Positions 46,959 through 58,061 of a stretch of 58,164 bases of DNA are shown in pieces (position 1 is the stretch's first letter; each line of letters opens with the position of its first letter). The notes beneath the pieces were generated by a model. It was given only the letters and a program-made list of their open reading frames with translations, was not told the origin of the DNA and did not search any database. Both the position numbers and the translations under genes were made by a program. The DNA comes from Rozella allomycis CSF55 (lineage: Eukaryota), in NCBI GenBank assembly GCA_000442015.1, contig KE560993.1, positions 1-58,164 of the forward strand, in the 5' to 3' direction.

Positions 46959-47862
46959 TTAAATTTTTTGATAAACCCAGATAGGCCTTTTGAAGCCTTT
47001 AGTTTGCAAAGAGCCTTCTGGAACTTGAATTGTTTTAATTAAGCGAAAGCCATTAGATAGTAAATATTCTTTAAATTGCTCTGGCTTAAACTGAATTGAT
47101 CGATAGATATCTTTTGTTAACTTATTATATATATTAAAAATTGGTACTTGGGTTATTCTCGCTTTGCTTTGGTAACTACTAAAAGGTTGTGCTTCTAAAA
47201 TAAAATGCCCATTGGGATTAAGGCAATTATAAACTCTTTTAAAGAGTTCAATTATTCCCCTGTCACCCCAGTTAAGGTGAATCCATTTTGTCAGACTTAA
47301 ACTAATCATATCCCAATTGATAGACTTACCACAATATAACATCAAAAGGCTCCTTTAAAAGATCATGACTATCATTTAAGAAATCGACCGTGATAAACTT
47401 GGTGTTGAAAGGATACTCAGACTTTTGAGCTTTCACAATAGGTTTTGTAAGTGGTAAAGATCCGTATTTTATGACACAACTCATAGGAAAATAGTGTTCA
47501 AAATCTTCTTCATCACTATAATCTTCTAAATTTTCCTTCAATACAGGTCTTTGCAAAGAATAATCCATTTTTAGGGATTTTGTTGCCTTTACAATTAGAC
47601 TTTCATCAATATCAACTCCCACGACTAGAGAACTTTCCAGATGTTTTCCAATATTTAAGGTAGCAAATCCTGAGTTGCAACCAATGTCAAGTACCCTTTT
47701 ACCTTGAAAAGGAACTACATCTTTCAGCCATTTAATTCTCTCGTCCATTTCGAAATTATTAAAGGCATTCCTGTATCCATAATAATTTGGATAATTTCCA
47801 AACTGATATACTTTCTTCTCGGGTTGCTCTTCTAATATTTCACTTTCTCGATCGATGTCCAT
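46959..47862 (-). CDS. MEPCE: Methylphosphate capping enzyme, Bin3/MEPCE/Bmc1 family
   Basis: YQFGNYPNYYGYR, VLDIGCNSG, GVDID, CLSLTKWIHLNWGD, ILEAQPFSSY, GFKRPI. Confidence 0.9.
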
Positions 47863-48028
47863 TCGATTCAAAGCCACGAAACCATTTTTGAGTTTCCATT
47901 TGTTCAAAATTTAATTTCTACTAGTGTTTATTCGTTATTTTAATAAGAAATATGAATTGGTGGACGGCTAAGCAACTAAATATATTAGGGAAAATGAATT
48001 ACTCCCAAAACCCACGTGGCTTTGGAAA

Positions 48029-48520
48029 ATGTGGTTACTCTTTCTCTTGGCGTTAGGTGGTATATTTTCAAAAAGCATAGATTTATACTCCACTGTTTCG
48101 TATTCTAGGCGTAATTGTGATGGTCCAGCAATCAGAATAAGTACTTTGAGAATAGACAGCAATGTCAACAACACTTTGTCTTTTTCAATTGCAAACCGAT
48201 GTGTCAATTATAGAAATTTCTCGTTTATTCAATATAAAGGGTTTCCGGATCAACTTGTAACTCCAGGCTATGAATATTTATGTGGTAAAAACGAGAGCGG
48301 AAGCTTTTGTTTGCTTATGAATCATTGTTTTTCATTCATGAGTTGGTCAGATAGAAATAGTATTTTACCAGAGATAAAGAAAGGCAGGGTCATTTTTGGC
48401 GGGGGTATACCGTTTTATGAATCGTATGAGCCAAGCGACGATGAATGCGAAGACATTCCAAGTTTGAGAGACCTTTCGTTAGAGTACACCGATATTACTA
48501 CAGTTTTCCGTGACAAATAA
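48029..48520 (+). CDS. Secreted Cys-rich protein, family member 1
   Basis: Signal MWLLFLLALGG; intronless; close paralog of 48873-49361. Confidence 0.8.
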   Translation: MWLLFLLALGGIFSKSIDLYSTVSYSRRNCDGPAIRISTLRIDSNVNNTLSFSIANRCVNYRNFSFIQYKGFPDQLVTPGYEYLCGKNESGSFCLLMNHCFSFMSWSDRNSILPEIKKGRVIFGGGIPFYESYEPSDDECEDIPSLRDLSLEYTDITTVFRDK

Positions 48521-48872
48521 AATACTAGTTCTTGCACGTTTTGATACTTCAACCATTAATTGATTCATTGATGAATGATGTACCTGTCCTTGATGGCAGT
48601 GTCCTTCTTGTATCTTTTTTAGGCTTTTCAGATTTCTTATTGTCTTCACTAACTGAGCATTCGTTGGCATAGCCTTTGGTAGAAATCTTCTGTACATTTT
48701 CCCTTCGGCCCCTTCCCCTTTTCTGGTTTAGGACTAGACCGAAGCTCTAAAGAAGGAGGTAAAAGCTAAAGCAACGAAGATTTCTGAATAACAATAAAAA
48801 GTTGATTTGATTTTTGCTACTCTGGACTCTTGGTTGGGGCTGTGGGAAAGCACCACGTGACTACTTTCAAAA

Positions 48873-49361
48873 ATGTGGTTACTCTTCTTATTGGTGTTAG
48901 GTAGTATTGTTTCAAAAAGCGTAGATGTATATTCCAAACTTGCTTTTGCACGAAGTAATTGTCATGGTCCAGCGGTCAGAATAAATGCAAGAATAGCAAG
49001 TCAAAATCTCAATGGAAACAACACTTTTACAGAGGTTAATCGATGTATTAGTTACAGAAATTTCTCTTTTATTCAAAACAAAGGGTTTCCAGAACATCTT
49101 GTTACTCCTGGCTATGAATATTTATGTGCGAAAAATAGCACTGGAAGCTTTTGCTGGATTATGGATCATTGCTTTTCTTTCATGACTCGTTCTAATGGTA
49201 GCATCTTTCCAGATATCCAGATAGGCAAAGTTGTTGTTGGGGGCGGTATTCCATTTTATGAATTGTATGAGCCAGATGACCAAAATTGCGAGGGCATTCC
49301 AAAGTTGAGAGATTTGTCCTTAGATTATAATGAGTTCACTAGAGTTTATCGTGAAAAATAA
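48873..49361 (+). CDS. Secreted Cys-rich protein, family member 2
   Basis: Shares NC.GPA, NRC..YRNFSFIQ.KGFP, TPGYEYLC and GGGIPFYE with member 1. Confidence 0.8.
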   Translation: MWLLFLLVLGSIVSKSVDVYSKLAFARSNCHGPAVRINARIASQNLNGNNTFTEVNRCISYRNFSFIQNKGFPEHLVTPGYEYLCAKNSTGSFCWIMDHCFSFMTRSNGSIFPDIQIGKVVVGGGIPFYELYEPDDQNCEGIPKLRDLSLDYNEFTRVYREK

Positions 49362-49568
49362 AGTGTTATTTAGCTTTGATTGTAAACCTTTTGTCTTACC
49401 GTGTGATGGCATGAAGGTGTAACTGCAGCCTGAAATTGTCGGCAAAATCTATTTATGGCCTACTTAAAACCTGTTACTTATTATTTTCCAATAGGTAAAC
49501 GACTACATTTACGATATTATGAGGTAACATCTATAACTTAATACGTTCAAAAAATAACAAAATGTTAT

Positions 49569-50814
49569 TTATTCAAGTGGTGGTACCTCTGACTCGTCCG
49601 TCGTACTACTAAACGGAATTTCCACATTCACTTTTTCCATAATGTTTACAACAATGTTTTCTTTCTCTACTGCATTTGTTTTTGAAATTTTTGATTTGAT
49701 GTTTTTAATTTGGTGTAATTTGGGCATTTTTAACACGAGGTGACCAGTTGTTTGTGATCTTTGTGCAACTGCTTCCAATTCATTCACCTTTTCTGGTAGT
49801 AATAATTGGAGCATTTTCCCTTTTACTTCAACTCGTATAAATTCTGACTGGATTTCAACTTTAATCAATGATGAATCAAGAAACTTTGATAGAGCCAAAT
49901 CAAGAATCAAAAAATTATCTTCGTCGATGAGATTAAAGTCATATTTGCCTTCGTTCATTTGTAAAATTTTCCCATTCTTTTCTAAAATCCTATCCTTTCT
50001 TTTCACAGCACTCAATTCACTTAAAGATCCTAACTGTCTGACTTTGTCTTTTTCAGCCCTTAGCTTCGCTGTTTCTCTAGCCGTGGCTAATCTCGTCTCA
50101 GGAGTATATGGCAGAGAGTCATTTTTCATATCCGCGTGTAACGCTTGGTCTAGCAGTTTTTCGTCAATCTTGACATCTGCATTTGTATTTTTTGGGAAAT
50201 CAGGCAATATTCGAAAATCCTGATGACTCTTTATTCTTTCGCTTTTTTCAATTAAAATACCATCTAAGTGCTTTTAACTATATTTTGATGCATTTACTGT
50301 TAACTGGGACAATGTTTCAATGACAAAGTGCCGGTAATTTTCTATCGAAGTACATGGATTGCCTGTCAAGTGCCTTTAGTAAAATTGAGGTATCCATTTA
50401 CAGTTCTTTTAAGTTTTCATTATGTCGCAAGTTTGGTATAGAATTCAGAGCTTCAATAAAATTCACTGTAAGATCAAGCTTCTTCAAACTTTCACAACCT
50501 TGTAAACCATCAATAACTTGAATATTGTTCAATGCTAAATTAAGGTATTCTAATCTCTTCAGTTTCCCTAAACCCTCTATGTTTGAAAGAAATCCTGGAA
50601 ACCCTACCAATCTTAAGAATTTGATTGCTTTGCAGATATAGAATTTTTAAATTGCGGCAATACACGTCAAGCAATTCAATCTTTTCTATATCGTATTGAT
50701 GCAGCGTTATTTCTTCTAGATTAGAAAGCTCGCCGTCATTATGCTCCGCTCGTTTTCGGAGCAATTCTCTAGTGACTTAGTACTTTAATTAGGTTAATTT
50801 TTACTTGGAGGCAT
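49569..50814 (-). CDS. LRRC6: Axonemal dynein assembly factor LRRC6/DNAAF11 (tilB)
   Basis: [73 protein letters not shown]. Confidence 0.95.
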
Positions 50815-50980
50815 CCTATCAATTTCGTAATTTTACGATTATCATAATTCATAATTGATAGAGATTTAGCAGTGTTTGGAATTATAATTGTTCATCATTA
50901 CTAATATATTTTGACGTATATAAATTAATAGTAGAATGTCATTCATGGCTATAAATACGAACAATAAAGTCAACCTACTG

Positions 50981-51442
50981 ATGCTTAGAATACTGCTTTT
51001 ATTGAATATATGTCTTGAAGCAAGTAACGTGCATTGTAAATTTCTTGACCTTTTATCACGATATCATTACAATTCCAGTTCCTGCGATGGTGTGATACTG
51101 ACCAGTGCTATAAATTCAAACCAAAGAATAGTACCTAGTGTTCTTGAACAATGTTTGGAGGTTGGATTTCATGAGAATCCACGATCAGAAAAGATCATGA
51201 TTGGATTTCCCAATGATAACCTCACTCCTGGATTCACTTACATTTGTAATGATTCTCAATGCTACATATTTGACGAGTGTTTTGTTGAATACCCTTGGGT
51301 TTACGGCGAATATAAGAAGTTTGTGATGCAATATGGAAACCTTTATCGGCTAAAATTTGATAGTTATGATAGCAATTGTTCTGGGCTTCCATCGGATAGA
51401 CTGCAGTATAGGCATTCTGAATGGAAAATAGTAAAGACTTAA
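50981..51442 (+). CDS. Secreted Cys-rich protein, divergent family member 3
   Basis: Likely start MLRILLLLNICLEA; Y....CDG, GFP...TPGFTYIC, C.IFDEC, DSNCSGLP pattern. Confidence 0.7.
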   Translation: MLRILLLLNICLEASNVHCKFLDLLSRYHYNSSSCDGVILTSAINSNQRIVPSVLEQCLEVGFHENPRSEKIMIGFPNDNLTPGFTYICNDSQCYIFDECFVEYPWVYGEYKKFVMQYGNLYRLKFDSYDSNCSGLPSDRLQYRHSEWKIVKT

Positions 51443-51627
51443 ATTCTGATCTCAATAAATTTATGTAGTCTAGCTGAAAACAACATTGAAGAGATTAGAG
51501 ATCTCTAATTTCAGTTGAAAAAATGACCGTAGCTTAATAATTATGATGATGTTTACTCATCCTGTTGGACCTGTCATGTTTGTTTAAACGTAAGCAAAGA
51601 CCACGTGACCACCCACGGATTTTCAAA

Positions 51628-52377
51628 ATGAGGAACACTCTTTCATTTCTTTTACTTCTTAGGTTTTGTCATGCCATGCTAGAATTTTCTTTCCCGTTTA
51701 AAGCTACAGTAGTTTATGACCAGAAAAACTGTGCGGGGAGAGTTCTAAGTGCGATCCAAATACCTACAAGTAAAAATAGCTACAGTCTGGTGAATATGTG
51801 CAACTCCATCACTGAAACTGCAAAATCTTATCGTAATACAACGGGGAACATTTTGGAACTAGTTGATCTGAATGTTCCCTACTTTTGCGAAACGAACAAA
51901 TGGTATGCCTGCTCAAGATTAAACGAGTGCTTAACAATCAAATATGAATCTGAATTTATAAACAGACGTATTATTTATGATGTTTTTTCGAAAAAGTACG
52001 TGGAACAACTTTACGATCCCGATGACTTTGAATGCCTTCATCCGTTGTCAAGAAAGATACTCGATGAAACTAGTGAAAGCGCGATTTACGTAAGACAAAC
52101 CCCACAAGATCGCGCAATAACGAGGGCAAGAGCTTTGAGAGAAATAAATGAACGTATTGCAGCAGAAGGACTGAACGTAGAAAGAGGCGTACTTGGCGCG
52201 GATGGTTTATATGCTTTCAGAGGTGTGCCTTTATATGAAACTAATGTTGAAATTAAAGAAGAAAAAGAAGAAATTAAAGAAATTAAAGAAATAAGCATTT
52301 CTAACCGCCAAGAGAGTGAAGAAAGTGACACATCTACAGACCAAGTCACAGGCGGTCACACCTTTTACATGGAATGA
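51628..52377 (+). CDS. Secreted Cys-rich protein, divergent family member 4, with a charged C-terminal extension
   Basis: Likely start MRNTLSFLLLLRFCHA; YDQKNCAG, NMC, YFC, CSRLNEC, LYDPDDFEC. Confidence 0.7.
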   Translation: MRNTLSFLLLLRFCHAMLEFSFPFKATVVYDQKNCAGRVLSAIQIPTSKNSYSLVNMCNSITETAKSYRNTTGNILELVDLNVPYFCETNKWYACSRLNECLTIKYESEFINRRIIYDVFSKKYVEQLYDPDDFECLHPLSRKILDETSESAIYVRQTPQDRAITRARALREINERIAAEGLNVERGVLGADGLYAFRGVPLYETNVEIKEEKEEIKEIKEISISNRQESEESDTSTDQVTGGHTFYME

Positions 52378-52892
52378 TTTCGAATGAATAAATATATTTA
52401 ACTAAATATTAATTTTTAACAAAATTATGTCATTTAATCATCGTCAGAAAACATGTCACAGTATTTTATTATCATTTCCACGAAGTAAACTCTCGCTGTA
52501 TCTTGTCATTCATACTTTTGAAAAATTTAAAGTAGACGTAACTGGTAGAAGTGCGCAATTGAGACCAATATTTAATGATTAATCTTCAAGAAGAAATAGT
52601 TTTATCCACCAAACATTAATTATCACAAGTTGGTAGTTTGCAGTTTAATTAAGATTCTAACGTCGGTTATGATTCGAAGATAGTATCTGTAATACTAATA
52701 ACAAAGGTGCAATAGCAATAGCCTGTGAATCGAATGCATTTCTTACGTTTGGTTGACCCAACTCAAGAATTTACAGATACTTATGAGGTATGAGAGCTTT
52801 AGTGAAGCATTCGTTAATTACGCTAGGTACCACTAAAGATTAGGATAAATTTCAAATATTTTTATTGACCGATTTAGAATGACCAAATATAT

Positions 52893-53822
52893 CTAATTGA
52901 ATAACTAATAGTAGATTTATAAAAATAGATACTTTTTGTAATATTTTTTGAGCACTTTCTGTTGATTCTTGTTCTAATTCTTCTTTCCTTTTTCGTTGTC
53001 TCATGAAACCTCTGCTAGTCGTTTTATCTTCCTCTCCTCGCAATTTTCTTTTTTCTTTAATTTTCTCTATCGACTTTGCAATTTCAACTTGCTGCATGAA
53101 TTGACTTGCTTCTCTCTTTGCCTGCATCATTTGCATTCTAAGAAGGTTCTCCTTTTTTACTTTTTCATAGGCTATAAATAATTGGAAAATACATTTACCA
53201 AGTTGCTCAGTCAAGTTTTGCCATTTAAATTTTGGCAAATACTTTAGCGTCCAAATGTCGTCATAATAGAAACTTCGTTTCTTTCCACCTTTTAATAATT
53301 AATTTCTCACTTTACCAATTTTGGTATTATTTAAATATTCCACAGTGCGTTTAGCGACTCTTTTGTCCAAAAATTCAACCCATCCTTCTATGTAATTTTT
53401 TCTTTTATTGTTCTTGAACCTTTTCCTTTTATTTGTAATAGATGAGTCTGAAAGAAAAGTATGAAGAAGTTATTACCTTCTGGTACCAGATATACTCTCC
53501 CGATTTCACCATACTCTGACAATAGATTCTTCAACTTTTGGGGTTTCATAAAAGGTGGTATTCTACTAAGATAAACGACGCCAGTTCTTTTTATTTGTTT
53601 CTGAAACTTTTTTAGTTCTTCTGGATCTAACTTTAAGTGTCCATCATCGTCATTTTCTTCATCCGAACCGCTTTCGGATTCTGTTTCACAGTCATGGAAG
53701 ACTTGCTCTGTGTTATTACTACTTGGGACACAGCCTGCATCGTTTTCTATATTATCGCCGTTCAAAACCTGATTTTCACCTATCTCACTCTCAAATCCAT
53801 GAAATTCTTCAGCGTCCGACAT
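52893..53822 (-). CDS. ESF2: Pre-rRNA processing protein Esf2/ABT1
   Basis: TGVVYLSRIPPFMKP, GEIGRVYL, EGWVEF, G|GKKR..YYDDIWTLKYLPKFKW. Confidence 0.93.
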
Positions 53823-53985
53823 TTCAAAAGTCAAAGTGGCTAGGTCAAAACTCTTCAATTGAATTGATCGTAAATAAGTCTAAATTGAAATGTATTGTAA
53901 TGGAGCTAAATATATTCAATTTCATCAAATAGTATCGGTATAATGATATTTGGAATCCTAGGTGGCTTGAAACTGAAAGTCTTGC

Positions 53986-54308
53986 ATGTCAAACGACAGG
54001 GTTCCGCCCGCTGATTTTTTATCTCCTTTGCTAAACTGTGTTCAATATATCCTGGATAATGATAAATCCTCTGCATCCACAGCCGTAATAATCATATAGA
54101 ATGTTGAAAGAGTTACAAAGCGTCAAATGTAATAAAACAAATAGAGCGTTACATTGAATCGAATGCTTATTTGGAAATGACCAAAGAAGAATTATTTGAG
54201 CGGCGCGATGAAACTGAAAGAGCTGTGCAAAAAGAAATACAGGAAACAGAAGCTTTTATTAAGAACTCACTGGAAGGCAAAGGCTTTGTAAAAATGGATT
54301 TGGATTAA
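53986..54308 (+). CDS. Small coiled-coil protein, possibly Mediator Med9-like (1 intron); absent from the ORF track
   Basis: MSNDRVPPADFLSPLLNCVQYILDND...|...IERYIESNAYLEMTKEELFERR; the helical pattern resembles Med9. Confidence 0.5.
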
Positions 54309-54352
54309 ATAAACTAATAAAAATAATCTAAATCTATTGTTTATTTAGTATA

Positions 54353-56167
54353 TTAGTCCTCATTTCCATCGTTTTCTGCAAATTGGTTTTTGTCACTTAA
54401 AGCAAACAGTTTATTCTTACAGTTGTGAATTTTAATGAGAATTGAATTTTCCAAAGAATAATGTTTATAATTTTTCTTTGCTAGTTTTAAATGTTCTGCA
54501 GCCAACTCGAATTGCCCTTTACTCATGCAAAATTTGGCGAATTCCATGTGTGCCACAGGAGCCATCCAATGATCAAATTTTATTGCGCTTTCTTGGTCGA
54601 AAAACTGTTGAAATAATTTGCCGGCATCTTCTTGTGGTGTTTTAATGAACCTTGCGATAATTGCCTTTACCAATACAGATAGGCAAATGTCATCATAAGT
54701 TAACTGAACCCCGGATGTTATCTCATTATTAATCATATCCCAACATTGTTGTAATTTCTCTTGCGACATCCTCGAGAAACCATTCCAAAGGACTAAGAAT
54801 TCAAAAACAGGAAAGAATAGGCGATTACATTGAGCAGAAAATGTTCTTGCTTTTCTTGCGACAAATTTCTCTATTGGAATTGACTTTCCTGCTATTTTTC
54901 TTGTTAAATTTGCAATCGAGCCCATGAGTTCTTTTATTTTGTCCATTTGGCCGGAATCGTTTTGCATGTATTTAGAAATGGCGAGAAAATAAGTATAGCT
55001 TGCTTTCGACCATTTATTATCTCGTACAAGTAACGCAAAGTATTTTTCCGCTTCTGAAAATTCCAATTCATGAAATGAACAAACTGCCATTTCCCAATAA
55101 CATATATGATGCAGTTGAATCCATTCAGACTGAGATGCAATTGATTTTTCATACTCACGTTTGGCATGTTTAAAGCATCCTTTAGAAAAGGATAACCTTC
55201 CGCTGAAAAATAGAAAAAGGGAGCTGTTAGGATATAAAGTTAATGATTTGTTTAGAATAGCTTGAGCTGTATTCAAATCGTAATCATGCAATTGTAAGTG
55301 AGGTCCAATAACGGTATGAAACAACAGCAATCCCAAGGAACAAAATTCGGCCCGAAGACCACCTTTTTCGCTCGCTGACTCTAACAAAGACAGTCCATAT
55401 TTTCTGTCGCCTGAAAATCCAATTATTTCAAAAATTTTCAAAACTTTAGAGGGTAACAAAGATAACATCACGTTGAACATTCCCAATCCAAAGGACACCC
55501 CTGAAATAAAATGTATATCAAATTGTTCAATTAAGCCTTTGGATTTTGCCAAACTTAATAATTCATTTGAAGCTTTGTACGTAAAATAACTGTTCCTAAT
55601 ATTAACACCTTCCTTCACAAATGTCATTAAACCATTCCCATCGTCGGCCAACAATGTCAACATTGCCCTCACGATAAATATTTCTGAATGTATCAGCTCT
55701 GCATGTCTTTGCATTGTGCTCATCTTTTTCATATTGTGAACACTTTGCCCCATGACTTGCCTAGTGAGTCCTCCAATAAACCCGCCCTTGTATCTTTCGT
55801 TTTCTGCTTGGTCAACAGTAGTTTTCATCACCTGCAGTGCTTTTTGAATGTCCTTTGGATCAAATGTCATCAGAGATTTTATAAACAGGATAACCGAATA
55901 TCCTATCGAATGAAACAATGAATTAGCGAAATTCTTCTCTAGTATTTCTTCTCCTTCATTGAAACGTGAGTTTAGAAACAATTTGACACATTCTTCAACC
56001 TGTAAAATTGCAAGTTCAGTCAAACTCCAGTCAGCTTCAAAAGTATTAACATAAATTGGAGAGCTTAAGGTTGACGACAATTCAGTCTCAACAGCGTCTT
56101 GGAATTCATCATTGCTTTCGTCGGCATCACTAGACATATTAAGGAATTTTCCGATTAGCGTTTTCAT
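54353..56167 (-). CDS. IML2: Iml2/TTC39-family TPR protein, intronless
   Basis: LFLNSRF, HAELIHSE, SGVSFGLGMFNVMLSLLP...GFSGDR, YPNSSLFLFF, HICYWE, WSKASY, GKSIPIEKF, YSLEN. Confidence 0.9.
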   Translation of the reverse strand: MKTLIGKFLNMSSDADESNDEFQDAVETELSSTLSSPIYVNTFEADWSLTELAILQVEECVKLFLNSRFNEGEEILEKNFANSLFHSIGYSVILFIKSLMTFDPKDIQKALQVMKTTVDQAENERYKGGFIGGLTRQVMGQSVHNMKKMSTMQRHAELIHSEIFIVRAMLTLLADDGNGLMTFVKEGVNIRNSYFTYKASNELLSLAKSKGLIEQFDIHFISGVSFGLGMFNVMLSLLPSKVLKIFEIIGFSGDRKYGLSLLESASEKGGLRAEFCSLGLLLFHTVIGPHLQLHDYDLNTAQAILNKSLTLYPNSSLFLFFSGRLSFSKGCFKHAKREYEKSIASQSEWIQLHHICYWEMAVCSFHELEFSEAEKYFALLVRDNKWSKASYTYFLAISKYMQNDSGQMDKIKELMGSIANLTRKIAGKSIPIEKFVARKARTFSAQCNRLFFPVFEFLVLWNGFSRMSQEKLQQCWDMINNEITSGVQLTYDDICLSVLVKAIIARFIKTPQEDAGKLFQQFFDQESAIKFDHWMAPVAHMEFAKFCMSKGQFELAAEHLKLAKKNYKHYSLENSILIKIHNCKNKLFALSDKNQFAENDGNED

Positions 56168-56213
56168 TCGTTTAGACGAGAAATTACTATTTTACGAAAG
56201 AAATCAAAAACTA

Positions 56214-56905
56214 ATTATATTTAAGTATTTATGCCAGTCGTCTCAGAATCATTGAGCTAATGTAAAACTTATCTTTAATCTGAGCCTGTGGTACACCACA
56301 TTTGTTTCGATATTTTGCACATTGGACACTGCATGCGCGATACTTTTAAGGAAAGCTAAAGAATCTACGACCATTCCTCCAGTTGATTCCATACAGAAAG
56401 GGAAAAATATCAAACCTTTGGCCTCACACTTGTCAAAATATTTCTTCATTTTTTGATCCCGAGACCTCATGAGCGCCGCACCTCCTTTTTCCACTGTTTT
56501 ATTGAAGACGTGTTCAACATAAGGAGAACCAATGGTCACATCTATACAAACATTATGGCTATTTTCTAAGACTGGAATAGAAATATCAGCTGGTTTAAGG
56601 ATTCATTGTCCAACAGCTCTTGAACTTCTTTTTGCGGTGCTAACCCACCTTGAGATGGCACATGGAAAATTTCATCACGAATTGCGTTATGTCTGTTAGC
56701 CAAATCATGTTTTCCTTGACAAATGGTAGTGTGATCACCATATCAGTCTGATTGACCTTTTGCACATTCAAGACATGAACCATGATGATTAAAGAAATTT
56801 AGCCCAAGTCTACGCTATAAAAGCACTCGGTAAGATCTTGAGTCCATTGTCAAACCAAGGCCACTAACAGGTAAGCCAATCACCGCTTCCCTTTACACAT
56901 TGCGA
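56214..56905 (-). mobile_element. 5'-truncated, pseudogenised non-LTR retrotransposon (CRE/NeSL-type restriction-like endonuclease end)
   Basis: GDWL..PVSGLGLTM..RRLGL, CxxC..GDH..C, RHNAIRD, KPADI, CIDVT, KMKKY, PFCMESTGG, RLKISFTL, with stops and frameshifts. Confidence 0.85.
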
Positions 56906-57101
56906 ATTTAAAACTGCAATGTTTCTATTAATATTAATTTTTTACTTCTTAAAAAACAAAAATATTAACATAATCAATTGAATTTTGAATCATTTTCTTA
57001 TACTCAAGATTAAAGATCAAATGGAGGGTTTCTTTAACTGTTATTTAGCACAACTTGAAAGCAAAGGTTTAATGCGATAAATTTATGATTTAAAAATGCA
57101 T

Positions 57102-58061
57102 TTATTTTGCCCTTGTTCTGGGACGAATCTGTCGTTGTGCAAACTTTTTGTCGTTCCTCTGGTTCTTAAAAGAAGCCTTTTTGTTGGAAATTGGAAAATA
57201 ACGATCTCGAAACGCAGTAACCTTTTGCTTTATATTCTGGATTAGCCCTTTTGGACGTGAGGTTTTTGGTATATTAGTTTTTGGTGGATGGAAAGGGACA
57301 CCAGCATTCTGCGGTTGAAAGAAATGGTTTTGCTTCAAGTCCCAAGCTTTTTCTGCTTGATTTCCTGCTGGATTTGAAGTGGGCTGGAAATTTTTGGTGT
57401 AATATTCTAAAGGTGAGACGTAATCAGCTAACGGATTCTTTGGTGGGTTGTTTTGAAACTTCGGCGGAGGATAGGAATGCGGAGGAGTTTGGGTAGCACC
57501 TGGGTTTTTTGTTTGTCCATATTTTGGTGGGTTGTTTTGAAAGTTTGGTGGAGGATAGGAATGCGGAGGAGCTTGGGTAGCACCTGGGTTTTTTGTTTCT
57601 CCATAGTTTGGTGGGGTATTTTGAAATTTGTTTGAATTTGGGTGATTATTCGAACTTGGAAATGGTGTTTGACTACCGTCGGGAGTTGTACTTTGGTGAC
57701 CATTTTGTTGAGTTGGGGCTATTTTTATAGGGTTTTCCTGATATTTTATCATTTCATCGAACTTGTTATTCGCGATTTTATAGTATTCAGTTGCAATTGC
57801 GTGATCCTTATCCCAATTATTCCCTTCGTATGTTGCTCTCATTTTATCCGGATGATACTTTAATCCGTAGAATTTGCTCAGTCTCATTAATCCTTTTTTA
57901 TCATTAGGATCTATTCCAAAAAATTTAAAAGCCGATTCCATATCCATTTTTGGCATATTTTTGATGAGTTCCTGTCTCTCTTCAAAGGAAATTGTGTCTT
58001 CGCAAAGGCACATGCTAAGAATCAGTGTCGCACTTAGAGTTATCTTCCAGGAGATCCACAT
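57102..58061 (-). CDS. Secreted J-domain protein with Pro-rich repeats and a basic C-terminus, intronless
   Basis: Signal MWISWKITLSATLILSMCLC; AFKFFGI...LKYHPDK...YYKIA J-domain. Confidence 0.8.
   Translation of the reverse strand: MWISWKITLSATLILSMCLCEDTISFEERQELIKNMPKMDMESAFKFFGIDPNDKKGLMRLSKFYGLKYHPDKMRATYEGNNWDKDHAIATEYYKIANNKFDEMIKYQENPIKIAPTQQNGHQSTTPDGSQTPFPSSNNHPNSNKFQNTPPNYGETKNPGATQAPPHSYPPPNFQNNPPKYGQTKNPGATQTPPHSYPPPKFQNNPPKNPLADYVSPLEYYTKNFQPTSNPAGNQAEKAWDLKQNHFFQPQNAGVPFHPPKTNIPKTSRPKGLIQNIKQKVTAFRDRYFPISNKKASFKNQRNDKKFAQRQIRPRTRAK
57438..57626 (-). repeat. 84-bp (28-aa) tandem repeat, about 2.3 copies, in the J-domain gene
   Basis: FQN[TN]PP.YG.TKNPGATQ.PPHSYPPP unit; ttgaaa recurs at 57453, 57537 and 57621. 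Confidence 0.9.

Noticed and set aside
1289-54308. Alternative genetic code or frameshifting as the cause of fragmented ORFs
   Set aside because: Nearly every break is resolved by a short GT-AG intron under the standard code.
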